A DNA stretch of 64,000 bases. Source: an uncultured Planctomycetota bacterium. GTDB taxonomy: Bacteria; Planctomycetota; Planctomycetia; Isosphaerales; Isosphaeraceae. Below the pieces are notes generated by a model that was given only the letters and a program-made list of their open reading frames with translations, was not told where the DNA came from and did not search any database. The position numbers and the translations under genes are program-made. The stretch spans positions 192,001 through 256,000 of the forward strand of contig CAWJTV010000013.1 of NCBI GenBank assembly GCA_963845755.1. Reading direction: 5' to 3'. Shown here piece by piece: positions 21,270-33,102 of the stretch. The first letter of the stretch is position 1, and every line of letters begins with the position of its first letter.

Positions 21270-21581
21270 CCGTCAAGCTCCTCGATCGATGAACATGGTC
21301 GTTGTGCGCACGTTGACCGCGGTATCCGGGCCTCCAGCACGCAATTGCCGCGCCGGCGTCAAGGGGATGCACAAGTCTCAGCGAGGTAACGGGTTGAACG
21401 ATTCCTGCCCATGAACGCCCTGGGCTCCTGGCGGAACTTTCACCGGCGCTGGACAAATCCTGGCCGGGGATTTCTGATCGAGAAAGAACCGGTGAGTTTC
21501 AGCCTGCGCGACTCCGCTCTCGGATCGTCCGCAAGAATCTCGTCAAACTGGCCGGTATCCCCCGATCGGTTGTGGCTCGGT

Positions 21582-22382
21582 TCAATGCCATGGCACCGGC
21601 GGCGCCAGGTGGGACGCCAGGATATGGCCCAGAATCTGCTCGCCCCGGATGTTCGCATGGATCGGGTCGCGTTTGAACTCGTCGAGCGGCTTGCCGGAGT
21701 CGCGAATGTAGCGCCCCCAGGCGCCCGTCATATCGAGGAAGCCGATTTTCTCCTCGGTCGCCAGCCGTTTCAGCCGCGAGCGGTAATCCGTCCCCTTCGG
21801 GTCGATGTCGGGCCGCCATTGCGCATCGTCGCGCGGATCCATCGTGCCGAACGCACCGGTCATCAAGAGGATGTCGCACTTACGCGACTTGCGCACTGCG
21901 CGGATCACCTCACGGATCGAGTCGATGTCGTCCTTGTGACTGATGCCACCGATGATCAGCAGGTCCGGGTTGAGGTCCAGCACGTACCGCTTCAACCTTG
22001 ACGGCTCCTTGAACCACCAGCATCCGGTCCCACCGCGCACGCAAGTCGTCCGTTCGATCCGACACTTCGGATAGGTCTTGCGCAGCAGGTCGTCCCATCG
22101 CGAACGGCTGGTGTCGTTGACGATGCTGTCGCCGAGCATCACGATCCGCAGGGTTCCTTCGCCGTGGCCCAGCACTGCGGCCGTGATCGGCAGATTCGCC
22201 CAGCGATCCTCGGGGGGCCGATACGTGACCGGCGACATTCCGGCGTAGGCCTTCGCGATCTCCTCCAGCGTGTGCTCGGGATCTCTCAGGACGTAGACCT
22301 CGTTCTCATCCGGCCCGGCGGGCGCCGAACTGACGAGGATCAGCCCGGTGATGGCCCCGATAAGCGTGTGAATGCGACGCAT
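21582..22382 (-). CDS. SGNH/GDSL hydrolase, secreted
   Basis: IVMLGDSI and DPIH catalytic motifs; signal peptide. Confidence 0.85.
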   Translation of the reverse strand: MRRIHTLIGAITGLILVSSAPAGPDENEVYVLRDPEHTLEEIAKAYAGMSPVTYRPPEDRWANLPITAAVLGHGEGTLRIVMLGDSIVNDTSRSRWDDLLRKTYPKCRIERTTCVRGGTGCWWFKEPSRLKRYVLDLNPDLLIIGGISHKDDIDSIREVIRAVRKSRKCDILLMTGAFGTMDPRDDAQWRPDIDPKGTDYRSRLKRLATEEKIGFLDMTGAWGRYIRDSGKPLDEFKRDPIHANIRGEQILGHILASHLAPPVPWH

Positions 22383-22413
22383 GACGCGTTCTCCCGCTCC
22401 CGATCTGTCTCGA

Positions 22414-23665
22414 TTAATGAGACGCCGCCTGCAAGATGGGCGCGGACCGCCTGGCGATGGCGACCGGTAACGCCTTTAGCCCGTGCAGGATCAGACCTGG
22501 CCGCCATGCCAGCGACTTGACCGGGACCGCCGGACGGATATCGTGAATCCGACGCAACAGGGTGTTGATGGCGATCTGGCCCTCGAGTCGGGCCAACGGC
22601 GCCCCCAGGCAATAATGCATGCCCAACCCGAAGGCGACGTGCCGGTTCGGCTCGCGGGCCAGGTCGAGCTTATCCGGTTCGTCGAACTGGCGATCATCCC
22701 GGTTGGCGGACGCCAGCACGGCAAAGACCATCTCACCGCGCGGGATCGTGACGCCTGCCATCGGCACGTCTTCGCGCGCAAACCGCTCGGTGGCCGTCAA
22801 GAGCGGTCCGTCGTAGCGGAGCAGTTCCTCGACGGCCGACTTGATGAGGTTCGGATCGTTCCGCAATTGCTCCATCGACTCGGGATGTTCCATCAGGGCG
22901 AGCATCCCATTACCGATCAGGTTCACAGTCGTCTCATGTCCGGCGATGAGCAAGAGCACGATCATCGCCGCCAGCTCGTCCTCGCTCAACTGGTCGCCGG
23001 CCTCGTGCGCCTCCACCAGGGCGCTGATCAGGTCATCCCGGGGATTCGCGCCGGGACTGGATGAGTTTGCGAACGTAGCTCATGAACGCCCACAAGGCCG
23101 GGATCGCCTTGAACAGCTCCCAGGTCGTGTTGATCTTCGACACGAGAGTATTGGACCAGCGCTGGAACCGATGCCGGTCCTTGACCGGCACGCCGAGCAT
23201 CTCCGCGATGATCGTCGTGGGCAACGGCTGGGCATAATCGCGGATCACGTCCATCCGGCCTCGAGGTTCCACGGCATCGATCAGCTCGTCGGTCAGCTCC
23301 TGGATGCGCCCGCGGAGGTCCTCGATCAGTCGCGGCGTGAACGCCTTGTGCACCAGGCCCCTCAACCGGGTGTGATCGGGCGGGTCGAGGTCGAGCATGT
23401 TGCGCTCGAGCGGCCGGACGAATTTCGGGACCCAGGGTTGCCGGGCCGCCTGTTCGGAGGACACGACGCTCCACCGGTTCTTGACAAACCGGTCGTCTTT
23501 CAGCATCGCCGTGACATCGTCGTGGCGCGTCACAAGCCAGGCGGACTGCTTGCCGGCCAGCGGCACGCGATGGACCGGGGCCTCCGCGCGGAGGCGGGCG
23601 TAATACGGATACGGATTGGCCTTGAACGCCGGACTGGCGATGTCCACAGTTTCGATGCGGCTCAT
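22414..23665 (-). CDS. Cytochrome P450 (frameshift near 23040)
   Basis: LDPPDHTRLR, AGHETT, EELLRY, FGLGMHYCLG. Confidence 0.93.
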
Positions 23666-23804
23666 GAAAGATCACCGGAATCGGGGTTGGCTCGTTCACC
23701 AAACGCTTGCTCCATTATAAAATGAGAGGAGTTCTTCCGCGCCGGGTCTGATCCTTTCGAAATCCCGCGCTCCGGAGGCCGATCGAGAACGAGGAGGTCC
23801 CAAG

Positions 23805-24077
23805 ATGCCGCGCTGGAGCGACTCAAACGATTCCGACGACGATCCGGGGATCGTGTATGATCCGGAGGACATCGATTGGCCGAATGACGAGGACGAGGAT
23901 CCCACGTTCCCCTGCCCGTACTGTCATCGCGAGATCCTCGAAGAGGCAGAACGGTGTCCTTATTGCGAGAGCTATATCTCGAAGGAAGATGCGCCGGCGG
24001 CACGCAAACCCTGGTGGATCGTCCTCGGGGTCATCGTGTGCCTCTATGTCGTCTACCGATGGAATGTCTGGTGGTGA
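23805..24077 (+). CDS. Small zinc-ribbon membrane protein
   Basis: CPYC..CPYC and a C-terminal TM helix. Confidence 0.75.
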   Translation: MPRWSDSNDSDDDPGIVYDPEDIDWPNDEDEDPTFPCPYCHREILEEAERCPYCESYISKEDAPAARKPWWIVLGVIVCLYVVYRWNVWW

Positions 24078-24589
24078 ATCCTTCGGAAGGCTCAAGGAAG
24101 AAGGCTGAGTCAGCAACCGAGAAAGGATGACGGCTGCTTACGAACCGTGCCAGCCTTGATTCGCCATTTCCCCTGGCGCCGCGAATACCCCACCCCGCTA
24201 AACCACAGGCCGAAAAATTTTTGGGATTTTTTATCCCCCGCTGGGACAGAGAGTTGGGGCGACTTTCGGCCGAAATCCGCGCTAGGTGCATTAACGTTTT
24301 CCCAAGGTTGCGGCATCCTGAGAGTATGGCCCACGTGCAATCACTCCCGAGACCGATGCCCGGACCGCGCCTCCCGATTCGCTTTGGCGTCGCAACCGGC
24401 TTTCTGCAAAAGAGATCGGGGATGGCGGCATTGGAAAAAGATGTCCCATTGTGCCACTTCGTGGCACGCCCATCGGCCGCTGATGTCCCGGAGGGGGCCT
24501 GCGGTCCCAGAGCACAGGCCGCGTGCCACCCAAGCGTGAGGCGCTCTATCAGCCCCCAACTCGCCCTCGCATAGGAAGGGAGAATCGAG

Positions 24590-25111
24590 GTGATCATGCT
24601 TCCGACGCTGGTTGAACAATACAGGCGATGGTTCGAATATGAGAAGGACAGCCATCGCCAGGTCCTGGCTTCGCTGGAAAGTGTACCGGAGGAAGGGCGA
24701 GGCTCGGAGCCGTTCCAGAAGGCCCAGAGCCTCATGGGCCACATCATCGCAGCGCGGCGGATGTGGCTGCATCGCTTCGAGCCGTCGTCGTTCGAACGGC
24801 CCGCGGAGCTGTTCCCGACGAGTGCCACCCGAGAGAGCCTCGAGGCCGGCCTCGCGACGATGGAGCGCGACTGGTCGGCCTATTTCGGGCGCCTTAATGA
24901 ACATGAATTGGCGCGAGCCTTCGATTACGTGACGTCCGAAGGAACGAACTTCCGGAGCGTCGTGGTGGACGTCCTGACCCAGGTCTACGGCCATTCGTTG
25001 TACCATCGCGGTCAGATCGCCTCGCTCGTCCGCGCGGCCGGAGGTGAGCCGGCACGGACGGACTTCATCTTCTGGACCCGCGAATCGATCGCGCCGCCGA
25101 GTTCCTCGTAG
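24590..25111 (+). CDS. DinB family protein
   Basis: HIIAARRMW and HSLYHRGQI motifs. Confidence 0.85.
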   Translation: MIMLPTLVEQYRRWFEYEKDSHRQVLASLESVPEEGRGSEPFQKAQSLMGHIIAARRMWLHRFEPSSFERPAELFPTSATRESLEAGLATMERDWSAYFGRLNEHELARAFDYVTSEGTNFRSVVVDVLTQVYGHSLYHRGQIASLVRAAGGEPARTDFIFWTRESIAPPSSS

Positions 25112-25136
25112 GCGCTGTCCGTTGGTCTTCATGGCG

Positions 25137-27457
25137 TCATCGCCCCCCTTGACGTGAGAGCTCGGCCACAACCATCGCATGAACGTCGAGCCGGGGGACC
25201 ACGACGCTCGGCCCGCGCGGCGTGGTTTCGACCTTCAGATCGCGTCCATCCGGCTCGAGGTGTACCCGGCCCAGGGGATAGCCCGTCGCGAACGTGATCC
25301 GGATGTCGTGGATCGGTACGACCTCCTCGCGGAGCGGCACGTCCTCGTCGGGCCGCGCGTGGAACGCGGTGGTATTCAGGTCGCTGTAGAGGTGGACGAT
25401 GAGCCGCTCCGAGCCGACTTGCGATTGGCGCATCAGGGTCGAATGCACGCACATGGGTGCCTCGACAACCATCGGCGCGGGGCCGGGGGCTACCCAGTCG
25501 ATCGCATTGGCGATCAATAGGCGCTGATAGGGATATGCATAAAGATAATAAGCGGCGTCGAATCCACCGGCGAAGTAGACCACCCGGCCACGACCGAACG
25601 TGTGGGCGACCACGCCGGGGAATTCCCGATCGTCGGCGCCCTCACCCGATTTCACTCGGAGCGTGCCGACGATCCGGGCCGCCGGGCTCGTCGTCACGAC
25701 CCGCACGGCTGGCCCCTTGAAGGTGACACGGGTATTGCCCACGTAGGTCGGCATCCGGCCTCGGTTGAGGAACGAGCCGACGTCCTGCTGGAAGTCGAAG
25801 ACGTCCTTGCGCTTCTCCCAGTAGTCGGGTCCGATGGACTTCGCGAAGTTCTCGTCGAGTGGCTCCCGCTCGGCCGAAGTGGTGATCGTCCCGCGATGCT
25901 CGACGCCGAAGACGCGTGCCAGCGTGAAGTTCGGGCGCGGGTTGCCGTACTCGTCGAACAATGAGGCATCGAGGCTGGCCACCAGGCCCCCGCCGCGCTC
26001 GACGAATTGCGCGATCGCGGCGGCCTGGGCATCGTCGAGGCAGGCCGTGTTGGCCAGGATGAGGACCTTGTACGGGGCGAGGTCCGCGGCGTTCAGGTTC
26101 CAGTCGTTGATCACGGTTAACGGCTGGTGATCCTCGACCGCGGCGCGGAAGGTGCCGAGGACGTTCGCCATGTAGCGCTCTTCGACTCGTCCCGCGTCTC
26201 GGCCGTAGAAGTTGCGGGTGTTGTCGCTCATGACTAGCGCCGCGTAGGGCTCGGGCTTCTTGTGCGTGAGCCAGGGCTTGCGCCGCTGGACCTCGTCGAG
26301 GCAGGCGTAGAGCTCGGCTTGAAGGTGGGGCGGCTGGCCCACGGCGATACTCGGCGCGCCGCGCCATAGGTTAGCGTCAGCAGCATCCGGCGGAGGATCT
26401 CCTGCGGCGGGAAACTATCCTTGCCGTAGGGATTGCCGTGGCTGAGGATGTAGGGCTCGCTGAAGGCCGTGCGATGGTTGGTGCACGCCCAGATATACGC
26501 GTTGGCGAACGCCGGGAGAATCGTGGTGCCGCGATTGGTCTCGTCGAGCCAGAACTCCTGATCGGGGGCGTCGAGCAGGAGGTTCATCCGCGCGGGCATG
26601 TTGCGCGGGATCGAGAGGAAATGGCCGAACCGGCCGGCGTTGGTCGTCCAGGTGACGAGCGCGACATCGGGCTTGATCCGCTTCAGTCGCTCCTGCATCC
26701 GGCGGACCAGGTCTTCCATCCGACGGTCGGCCCAGTGCTGATAGCGGCGGAACGCGGGATCGTTCATGTCGGTCCTGGGGATCTCGGCGCCGGCGGCCTC
26801 GTGGTAACTGGCCCGGCAGTGCTGGCAGTAGCAAACTCCGCCGTAATGCAGCCCGTCGAAGCTGAAGGCGTTGACCGCGGGATACTTCGTGAGAATCTCC
26901 GCCAGGACGTCGATGAAAAAATCGCCATACGGGCCGAGCAGACAGAGCATCCCGCCGTGCGGATATTTCTTCATGTCGGTCTGGGGGATCTCGGTCGTAT
27001 CCGATGCGATCCGCCGCCAGTCGGGATGGTTCTCATAAACCTCGCCCTGAAGGCACGGTGGATACACGCCCAGGATGCGGACGCCCAGCTTCCGGTATTC
27101 GGCGATATCCCTCTCGACCCGGCCGAGCGGGACATGCGGACTGCGCTTCTTGAGAAGCTTGCTATCATAATAGGGGTAGAATGGGTTGACGAAACCCAGC
27201 TCGCTGATCGTCACGCCGTGCGCGGCGGCCGCGGTCCGTGCCTTCGTGTCCATCCCCGAGAGGGTGTAGCCGCAACCGATCGTCTCTTGCACCCAGGCCG
27301 GGACTCGCACCTGACGAAACGGCCCCGCGTCGAACGGCTGACTCATGATGGCCTCGCCCCAGATCGCCGGCTCGTCACCTCGGGTGAGACCCGGCGACGC
27401 CAGGACCATCACGAGCCAGGCCATCGCCGTCGATGTGGGGTGCAGGGGTCGTCTCAT
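25137..27457 (-). CDS. Glycoside hydrolase-like protein with beta-galactosidase trimerisation domain (frameshift near 26350)
   Basis: FSFDG..CYCQHC TIM-barrel motif; LAPYKVLILAN..FVERGGGLVA; TFGRGRVVY. Confidence 0.75.
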
Positions 27458-27587
27458 GGTTGGGACCTCCGGGCAGAAACGGAAATGCGGCTCAGCAGGG
27501 ACTTTTTCCAGAATCGTGTATCAATTTACCCGGATCGCCCCTTTAGTAAGAGGTGGAGATGACTCTCTGACCTCCTGAGTGTGCTTT

Positions 27588-30300
27588 ATGTCGAGTGTGA
27601 CGCGCAGTGCGGTCGTTCGGCCGATTTATCGACTCTTTGACGAGGGTACCCTGGTCGGCTCAAGTGATGCGGAACTCCTGGAACGGTTCGTGGCCCGGCG
27701 CGACGAGCGGGCATTCGAGGCCCTGATCATCCGGCACGGGCGCTCGGTTCAGGCGGTCTGCCGTGATGTGTTGCGCGACGCCCATGATGCCGAGGACGCC
27801 TTCCAGGCCACGTTCCTGATCCTGGCCCGAAAGGCGGGATCCCTCTGGGTGGGGAATTCGCTGGCGGCGTGGTTGCATCGCGTGGCGCGCCGGGTCGCCG
27901 TCGAGGCGAACCAGCAGAAGGCCCGGCGGCGGGCCGTCGAAACGACGGGGCTGGACGTTAACTCGGCGCGAACGAAGATTTCACCATCCCCGTCGTGGGG
28001 AACCTTACCGCAGGCGCTGCACGACGAGATCGACCGACTGCCGGAGAAATATCGAGTCCCGATCATCCTCTGCGACCTGGAAGAGCTGACGCGCGACGAG
28101 GCGGCCCAACGGCTGGGCTGGCCGCCCGGCACGGTCGCCGGTCGAACTGGCGCGGGCCCGCGCCTTGCTGAGGGATCGACTCGTCCGCCGCGGGCATGCC
28201 GAATGGAGTGGACTCATGGCGATTTCCTGGACACGAGGTGCGGCGTGTGGTGACGTTCTCACCTCCTGGATCAAGACGACCGCCGCAGCCATCACGACGT
28301 CTCCGGTCGACCCGTTGAAGATGCCAGGAGCAGCCTCCGTGGGGAGTGCGGTCCTGGCGCGAGGAGTGATTCGAACCATGATGTGGACCAAGTTGAAGAC
28401 GATCGCGTTCGTGTTCTTCACGGTGGGACTCGCGCCGGCGATCCTGGCCCTGGCCGTGGCGAAGACGCGGTTCGAGACGACGCCCGACGAGGCCAGGCTC
28501 GCCTTCCAGGAAGGTCCAGCCGTCCCGGCGGCGAAGGAACACTCCGCGACGAAGCCGGGCAAAGGGCCCATTGCGGGCACGATCGTGCTCCTGGATGGAA
28601 CGCCGGCCAGGGACGCACGGGTGTTCGTCTCCGTGGTCGAAGCTGTCTTCAGTCAAGGCCATCTCCGGGCCGAGACGCGGGCCGACGCCCAGGGCCGGTT
28701 CTCCCTGGACATCGCCCCCGTGGAGGTTGCGACGGCCTCATGGATTGGAGGCGGAACGCTCTGGGCCTATCGGCCGGGATCGCGCGCGGCATTCACTCCG
28801 TTTTATCGCGGAGCCCTTGCACCGGGATTGCCCCAGCGGTTCGTTCTGGGGCCGCCGGCCCATACGGTTTTCGAGGTACGTGGTCCCGACGGCCAGCCGG
28901 TCGCCGGCGCACGGGTCGAGCCGCGCCGGCTCAACAGTCACGACGCGAGCGTACCGGAAGACCTTGCGTCGCACATCGGGGCCAGCACAGTCACCGACGC
29001 CCACGGCCGCGCCGTGATGACCGCGTTCACTCCCGAGGAGATCGAGTCGGTTCGCGTCGTGTCCGAGAACTACGGGCCGCAGGATTTTCGCTTCAAATTC
29101 CAGGAGCTGATCCCGGAACCCCGCGTCCTGTCGCTCCACCCCGCGGGACGCCTCAAAGGGCGCCTGGTCGGGGACCCCGATGCCGTCCGCCGCCGTCCCC
29201 TCCGAGTGGTCAGTTTCCAGGAGTCGAACGAACAGGAAACGTCGGTCCTCCAGCAGGAGATCACGACCGATGTCGACGGACGGTTTGACATTCCCGCGAC
29301 CGCCGCCGGTCGTCATTTCGTCAGTACCATTCCACGGTCCGATTTCCGCTGGTACGCGAGTACAGGGGCGAGTGAGATCGACGTCAAGCCAGGCCAAACG
29401 ACCGAGGTGGGAATCCCCTTAAAGCGGGCGATCCGGGTGCGGGGATTCGTTCGCGAGAAAGGGACCGGGAAGCCTATTGAAGGCGCGCGGGTCGGCGTCA
29501 CGATCGCCGAGACGACGCCGATGACCACCGATCCCAACGGCCGCTACGAGGGCTATGTCCCACCCGAGATCACCATGGTGAGACCCTGGTCGGTCCCCCC
29601 AGGTTACGCGATGCCGGCTTACGGCGGCCCTCGCCAGCAGAGGGTTCCCGAGAATGTCGAGGACTTCGAGGTGGAAACTCTGGAGTTGATGCGGGCGGGC
29701 GAGCTGCTTGGGCTCGTGGTGGACGATAACGCCCGGCCGGTCGCCGGAGCCGAGGTCGAGGCATCCTGGAATCTGGACGAGTCGGGACCTGGCACGGGTC
29801 ACCATCGCCTCACGGCCCGGACCGGCCCGGATGGCCGATTCGTCGTCGATCGCGTGCCAGTGGACGCCGAGGTTGCCTTGTCCGCGCATCACCGTGGGGT
29901 TCGTACGGCAGAGTCCCGAACGTCGCGCGTCGGCGAGGCGACGATCCTCCGGCTCACGGTCGAGAGCGGGGTGAGCATAGAAGGCCGCGTCCTCGATCCC
30001 ACGGGCCGGCCGGTCGCCGGCGCCTTGGTGCATCTCCGCTCCTCGAGACGCGACGTTCCTCATGGCCCGATCAAGGGGAGCGAGCAGGTTGCGTTCGAGG
30101 GCGGAACGATCCTGGTCGCGGACGCCGAGGGCCGGTTCCGGACCCCTCCGGGGCTCGACTCCGATGGCGAGTACGCCGCCTACGCCTCGGCCGTGGGTTA
30201 TCGATCGAGTCGCACCTACTGGACCCGGGGCGGGCTCAAGGTCTTCACGGGCCTGACGCTTCAGCCCGAGGCTGAAGCTCCAGCGAAGTCGTCGGAATGA
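27588..30300 (+). CDS. ECF sigma factor fused to TM and carboxypeptidase-regulatory-like repeats (frameshift near 28150)
   Basis: SDAELLERF..AFEALIIRHG..DAEDAFQATFLILARKA; repeated G.VLD..GRPVAGA.V..TD..GRF units. Confidence 0.85.
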
Positions 30301-30312
30301 AAGACGACTCGA

Positions 30313-31365
30313 TCACACACCACCCCACGGGCCTTCGATCACCTGATGCTCGTTCGACGACCGTGTCGCGGCCTCGAGCACGCGGACGACTTCACGAGCT
30401 TCTTCAGCCCTGACCGCCAGGGGTGTCCCGGCACTCAGATGATCGGCGATGTTGCGATAGAAGCCATCCCAGTGATCGTGGACGGTCGCCACGCGGTTCT
30501 CGACAACCGCGTCCGAATCATCCGATCGGCGGAGAATCCCCTCGTGCTGGGGCGGTTCGGTGGCGCGGTCGATGTCGCCGGCGCGGAGGGCGTTCTCCTG
30601 CGGGTCGATCCCGTACTTGACGAATCCGCCGTCGGTGCCGACGATCCACCAGCGGGGCCGGTCGATCCGGCAGACCCGGCTGTTCTCGATCTGGAAGAGC
30701 GTGTCGTCGAACTCCATGACGATCCGGCCATGCCCGCCGGTGTCGACGCCCTCCCAGGGGCTGGGGCTCAGCCATGCGTAGAGACGCCGGCAAGGTCCGA
30801 GGCCGAGCTGGAGGGCCTGGTCGACGAGGTGCGCGCCCCAGTCGTACAGGATCGTGCCGGCTGCCGAGGCATCGCGACGCCAGCCGCGCGGCGACGCGAA
30901 TCGACAGACCGCGCTCTCGAAGAGTAACGGCTGGCCGATCGCACCCCGGGCGAGGACATCCTTGACCGTTGCAAAGTCCCAATCCCATCGCCGGTTGTGA
31001 AAGACCGAGAGCATGCATCCCGAACGATCGCGCGCGGCGATCATGCGGTCGGCGTCGGCGGTCGAGAGCGCCATGACCTTGTCTACCACGCAGTGACGCG
31101 ACGCGTCGAGCGTCCGGACGGCCAGCTCAGCGTGCGAGTCGTGCGGCGTCGCGATCACCACCAGCGCCACGGCGGGATCGGCCAGGGCCTCGTCCAGGCT
31201 GGCATAGCCGCGGACGCCCTCACCCCAGAGCGCCAGGGCCTCGGCCCGGACGGCGGGATCGCGGGCGACGATCCCGTGGAGAGTCAATCCCGGCTGGCGA
31301 CGGATCAAGGGACAGTGGAAGGACCGGCCCGCCAGGCCATGGCCGACGACGACGGTGGGGATCAT
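30313..31365 (-). CDS. Gfo/Idh/MocA oxidoreductase
   Basis: VVGHGLAG, IATPHDSH, VVDK, FHNRRWD, DWGAHLVDQ. Confidence 0.9.
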   Translation of the reverse strand: MIPTVVVGHGLAGRSFHCPLIRRQPGLTLHGIVARDPAVRAEALALWGEGVRGYASLDEALADPAVALVVIATPHDSHAELAVRTLDASRHCVVDKVMALSTADADRMIAARDRSGCMLSVFHNRRWDWDFATVKDVLARGAIGQPLLFESAVCRFASPRGWRRDASAAGTILYDWGAHLVDQALQLGLGPCRRLYAWLSPSPWEGVDTGGHGRIVMEFDDTLFQIENSRVCRIDRPRWWIVGTDGGFVKYGIDPQENALRAGDIDRATEPPQHEGILRRSDDSDAVVENRVATVHDHWDGFYRNIADHLSAGTPLAVRAEEAREVVRVLEAATRSSNEHQVIEGPWGGV

Positions 31366-31681
31366 GCTGGGACTCCTCCTCACGCTTTCATCCGCAACCC
31401 AAGAGGGATTCACGATTCAAGACTCGAGATTCAAGAATGGGAATCGCCTTCGTCTCGAATCGGGAACGCGATCGCCCGGCCGTTGATACGATCGGAACGA
31501 TTTGACCGCGAACACGCGATTCCTAATAATACAGAGAATAGCCCCGGGGCTCGATTCCTCGGGCCGATTGGATTCAATTCGATCGGAACATCGGGAGACT
31601 ACTTATAAATTAATGATTTGCGAAGATCCAGCCCGAGCCTGATCCGGGTTGATGGCGCAATCAGGAAGGAAGGGTGCAGGA

Positions 31682-33027
31682 ATGATTCCTCTGGGCCGTG
31701 CTGAACCTCGGATCAACGGGCCGTTGCCTGGACCCAAGGCCGCCGCGTGGCTGGAGCGCGACCACCGGGTGATGTCGCCGTCGTACACGCGGACGTATCC
31801 GCTGGTGGTGCGCCGGGCGTCGGCGCGATGGTCGAGGACGTCGACGGCAACCGGTTCCTCGATTTCACGGCGGGGATCGCCGTGACCAACGTCGGGCACT
31901 CACATCCCAAGGTGGTGGCGGCGATCCGGCAGCAATCGCAACGCCTGATCCACATGTCGGGGACGGATTTCTATTATGCTCCGCAGGTCCGATTGGGTGA
32001 GCGGCTGGCCGCGCTGGCGCCGGGGCCGGAGCCGAAGCGGGTCTTCTTCACCAATAGCGGTGCGGAGGCGATCGAGGCCGCCTTGAAGCTGGCGCGGCAT
32101 CACACCGGTCGCAACCGGGCGCTGGCGTTCATGAACGCCTTCCACGGGCGGACCTACGGCGCACTGTCCCTGAGCGGGTCGAAGCCCCTGCAACGCCGCG
32201 GGTTCTCGCCGCTGGTCCCCGACATCCATCACGCGCGGTACGGCGACCTCGACAGCGTCAAGGCCCTGCTGAAAACCATCTGCCCGGCGGAGGAGCTCGC
32301 GGCCATCTTCGTCGAGCCCATCCAGGGGGAGGGGGGATACATCGTCCCGCCGCCCGAGTTCCTGCCGGGCCTGCGCCGGCTCTGCGACGAGCATGGCGTC
32401 CTGCTTGTGCTCGACGAGATCCAGAGCGGTATCGGGCGGACCGGCAAGATGTTCGCCTCCGAGCATTGGGACGTGGCCGGGGACATCGTCTGCCTGGCCA
32501 AGGGGATCGCCAACGGCCTTCCGCTGGGTGCCATCGTCGCCCGGGCCTCGGTGATGGACTGGCCCAGCGGGAGCCACGCCTCGACGTTCGGTGGTAATCC
32601 GGTCGCCTGTGCGGCGTCCCTGGCGACGTTGCGCCTGGTCGAGCGCCGCTATCGGGCTAATGCCGTCCGGCGCGGCCGTGAGGTGCGCGCGGGCCTGGAA
32701 AACCTGGCCCGTCGCTTTCCGATCGTTCGCGACGTCCGGGGACTTGGCTTGATGATCGGCATGGAGATCCAGGGTTTCGATGGCAATCCCCATCCCGGTC
32801 TTCGCGATTCGATCATCAACACGGCTTTTTATCGCGGTCTGCTCCTGCTCCCGTGCGGGCCGAGCACCGTCCGGTTCTGCCCGCCCTTGTGCTTGACAAA
32901 GCGTCAGGTCGAGATCGGGCTCGATCGGGTCGAAGCCGCGATGACGGCGGTCATCGAAGAGGCCGGCGAGACGACAACGAAAGAAGCAGGCCGGGAGCTG
33001 GAGGAAATCACTCCGGACTCGATCTGA
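31682..33027 (+). CDS. Class III PLP aminotransferase (frameshift near 31815)
   Basis: DFTAGIAV, FTNSGAEA, FHGRT, EPIQGEGG, DEIQSG.GRTG, LAKGI, STFGGNP. Confidence 0.92.
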
Positions 33028-33102
33028 TCACGGATCTCACATAGGTCGGGCTGGAAAGCCCGACCCACGTCCGACTTCAAGGCGGAGAACGGGAGAATCA
33101 CC

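Noticed and set aside
20139..23665. Terpene biosynthetic cluster (prenyltransferase-repeat protein plus P450)
   Set aside because: The repeat protein is Tat-exported and lacks the DxDD cyclase motif; gaps and an unrelated SGNH gene give no support for a pathway.
24080..24590. Possible ncRNA or gene in the intergenic gap
   Set aside because: No recognisable RNA motif or credible protein.
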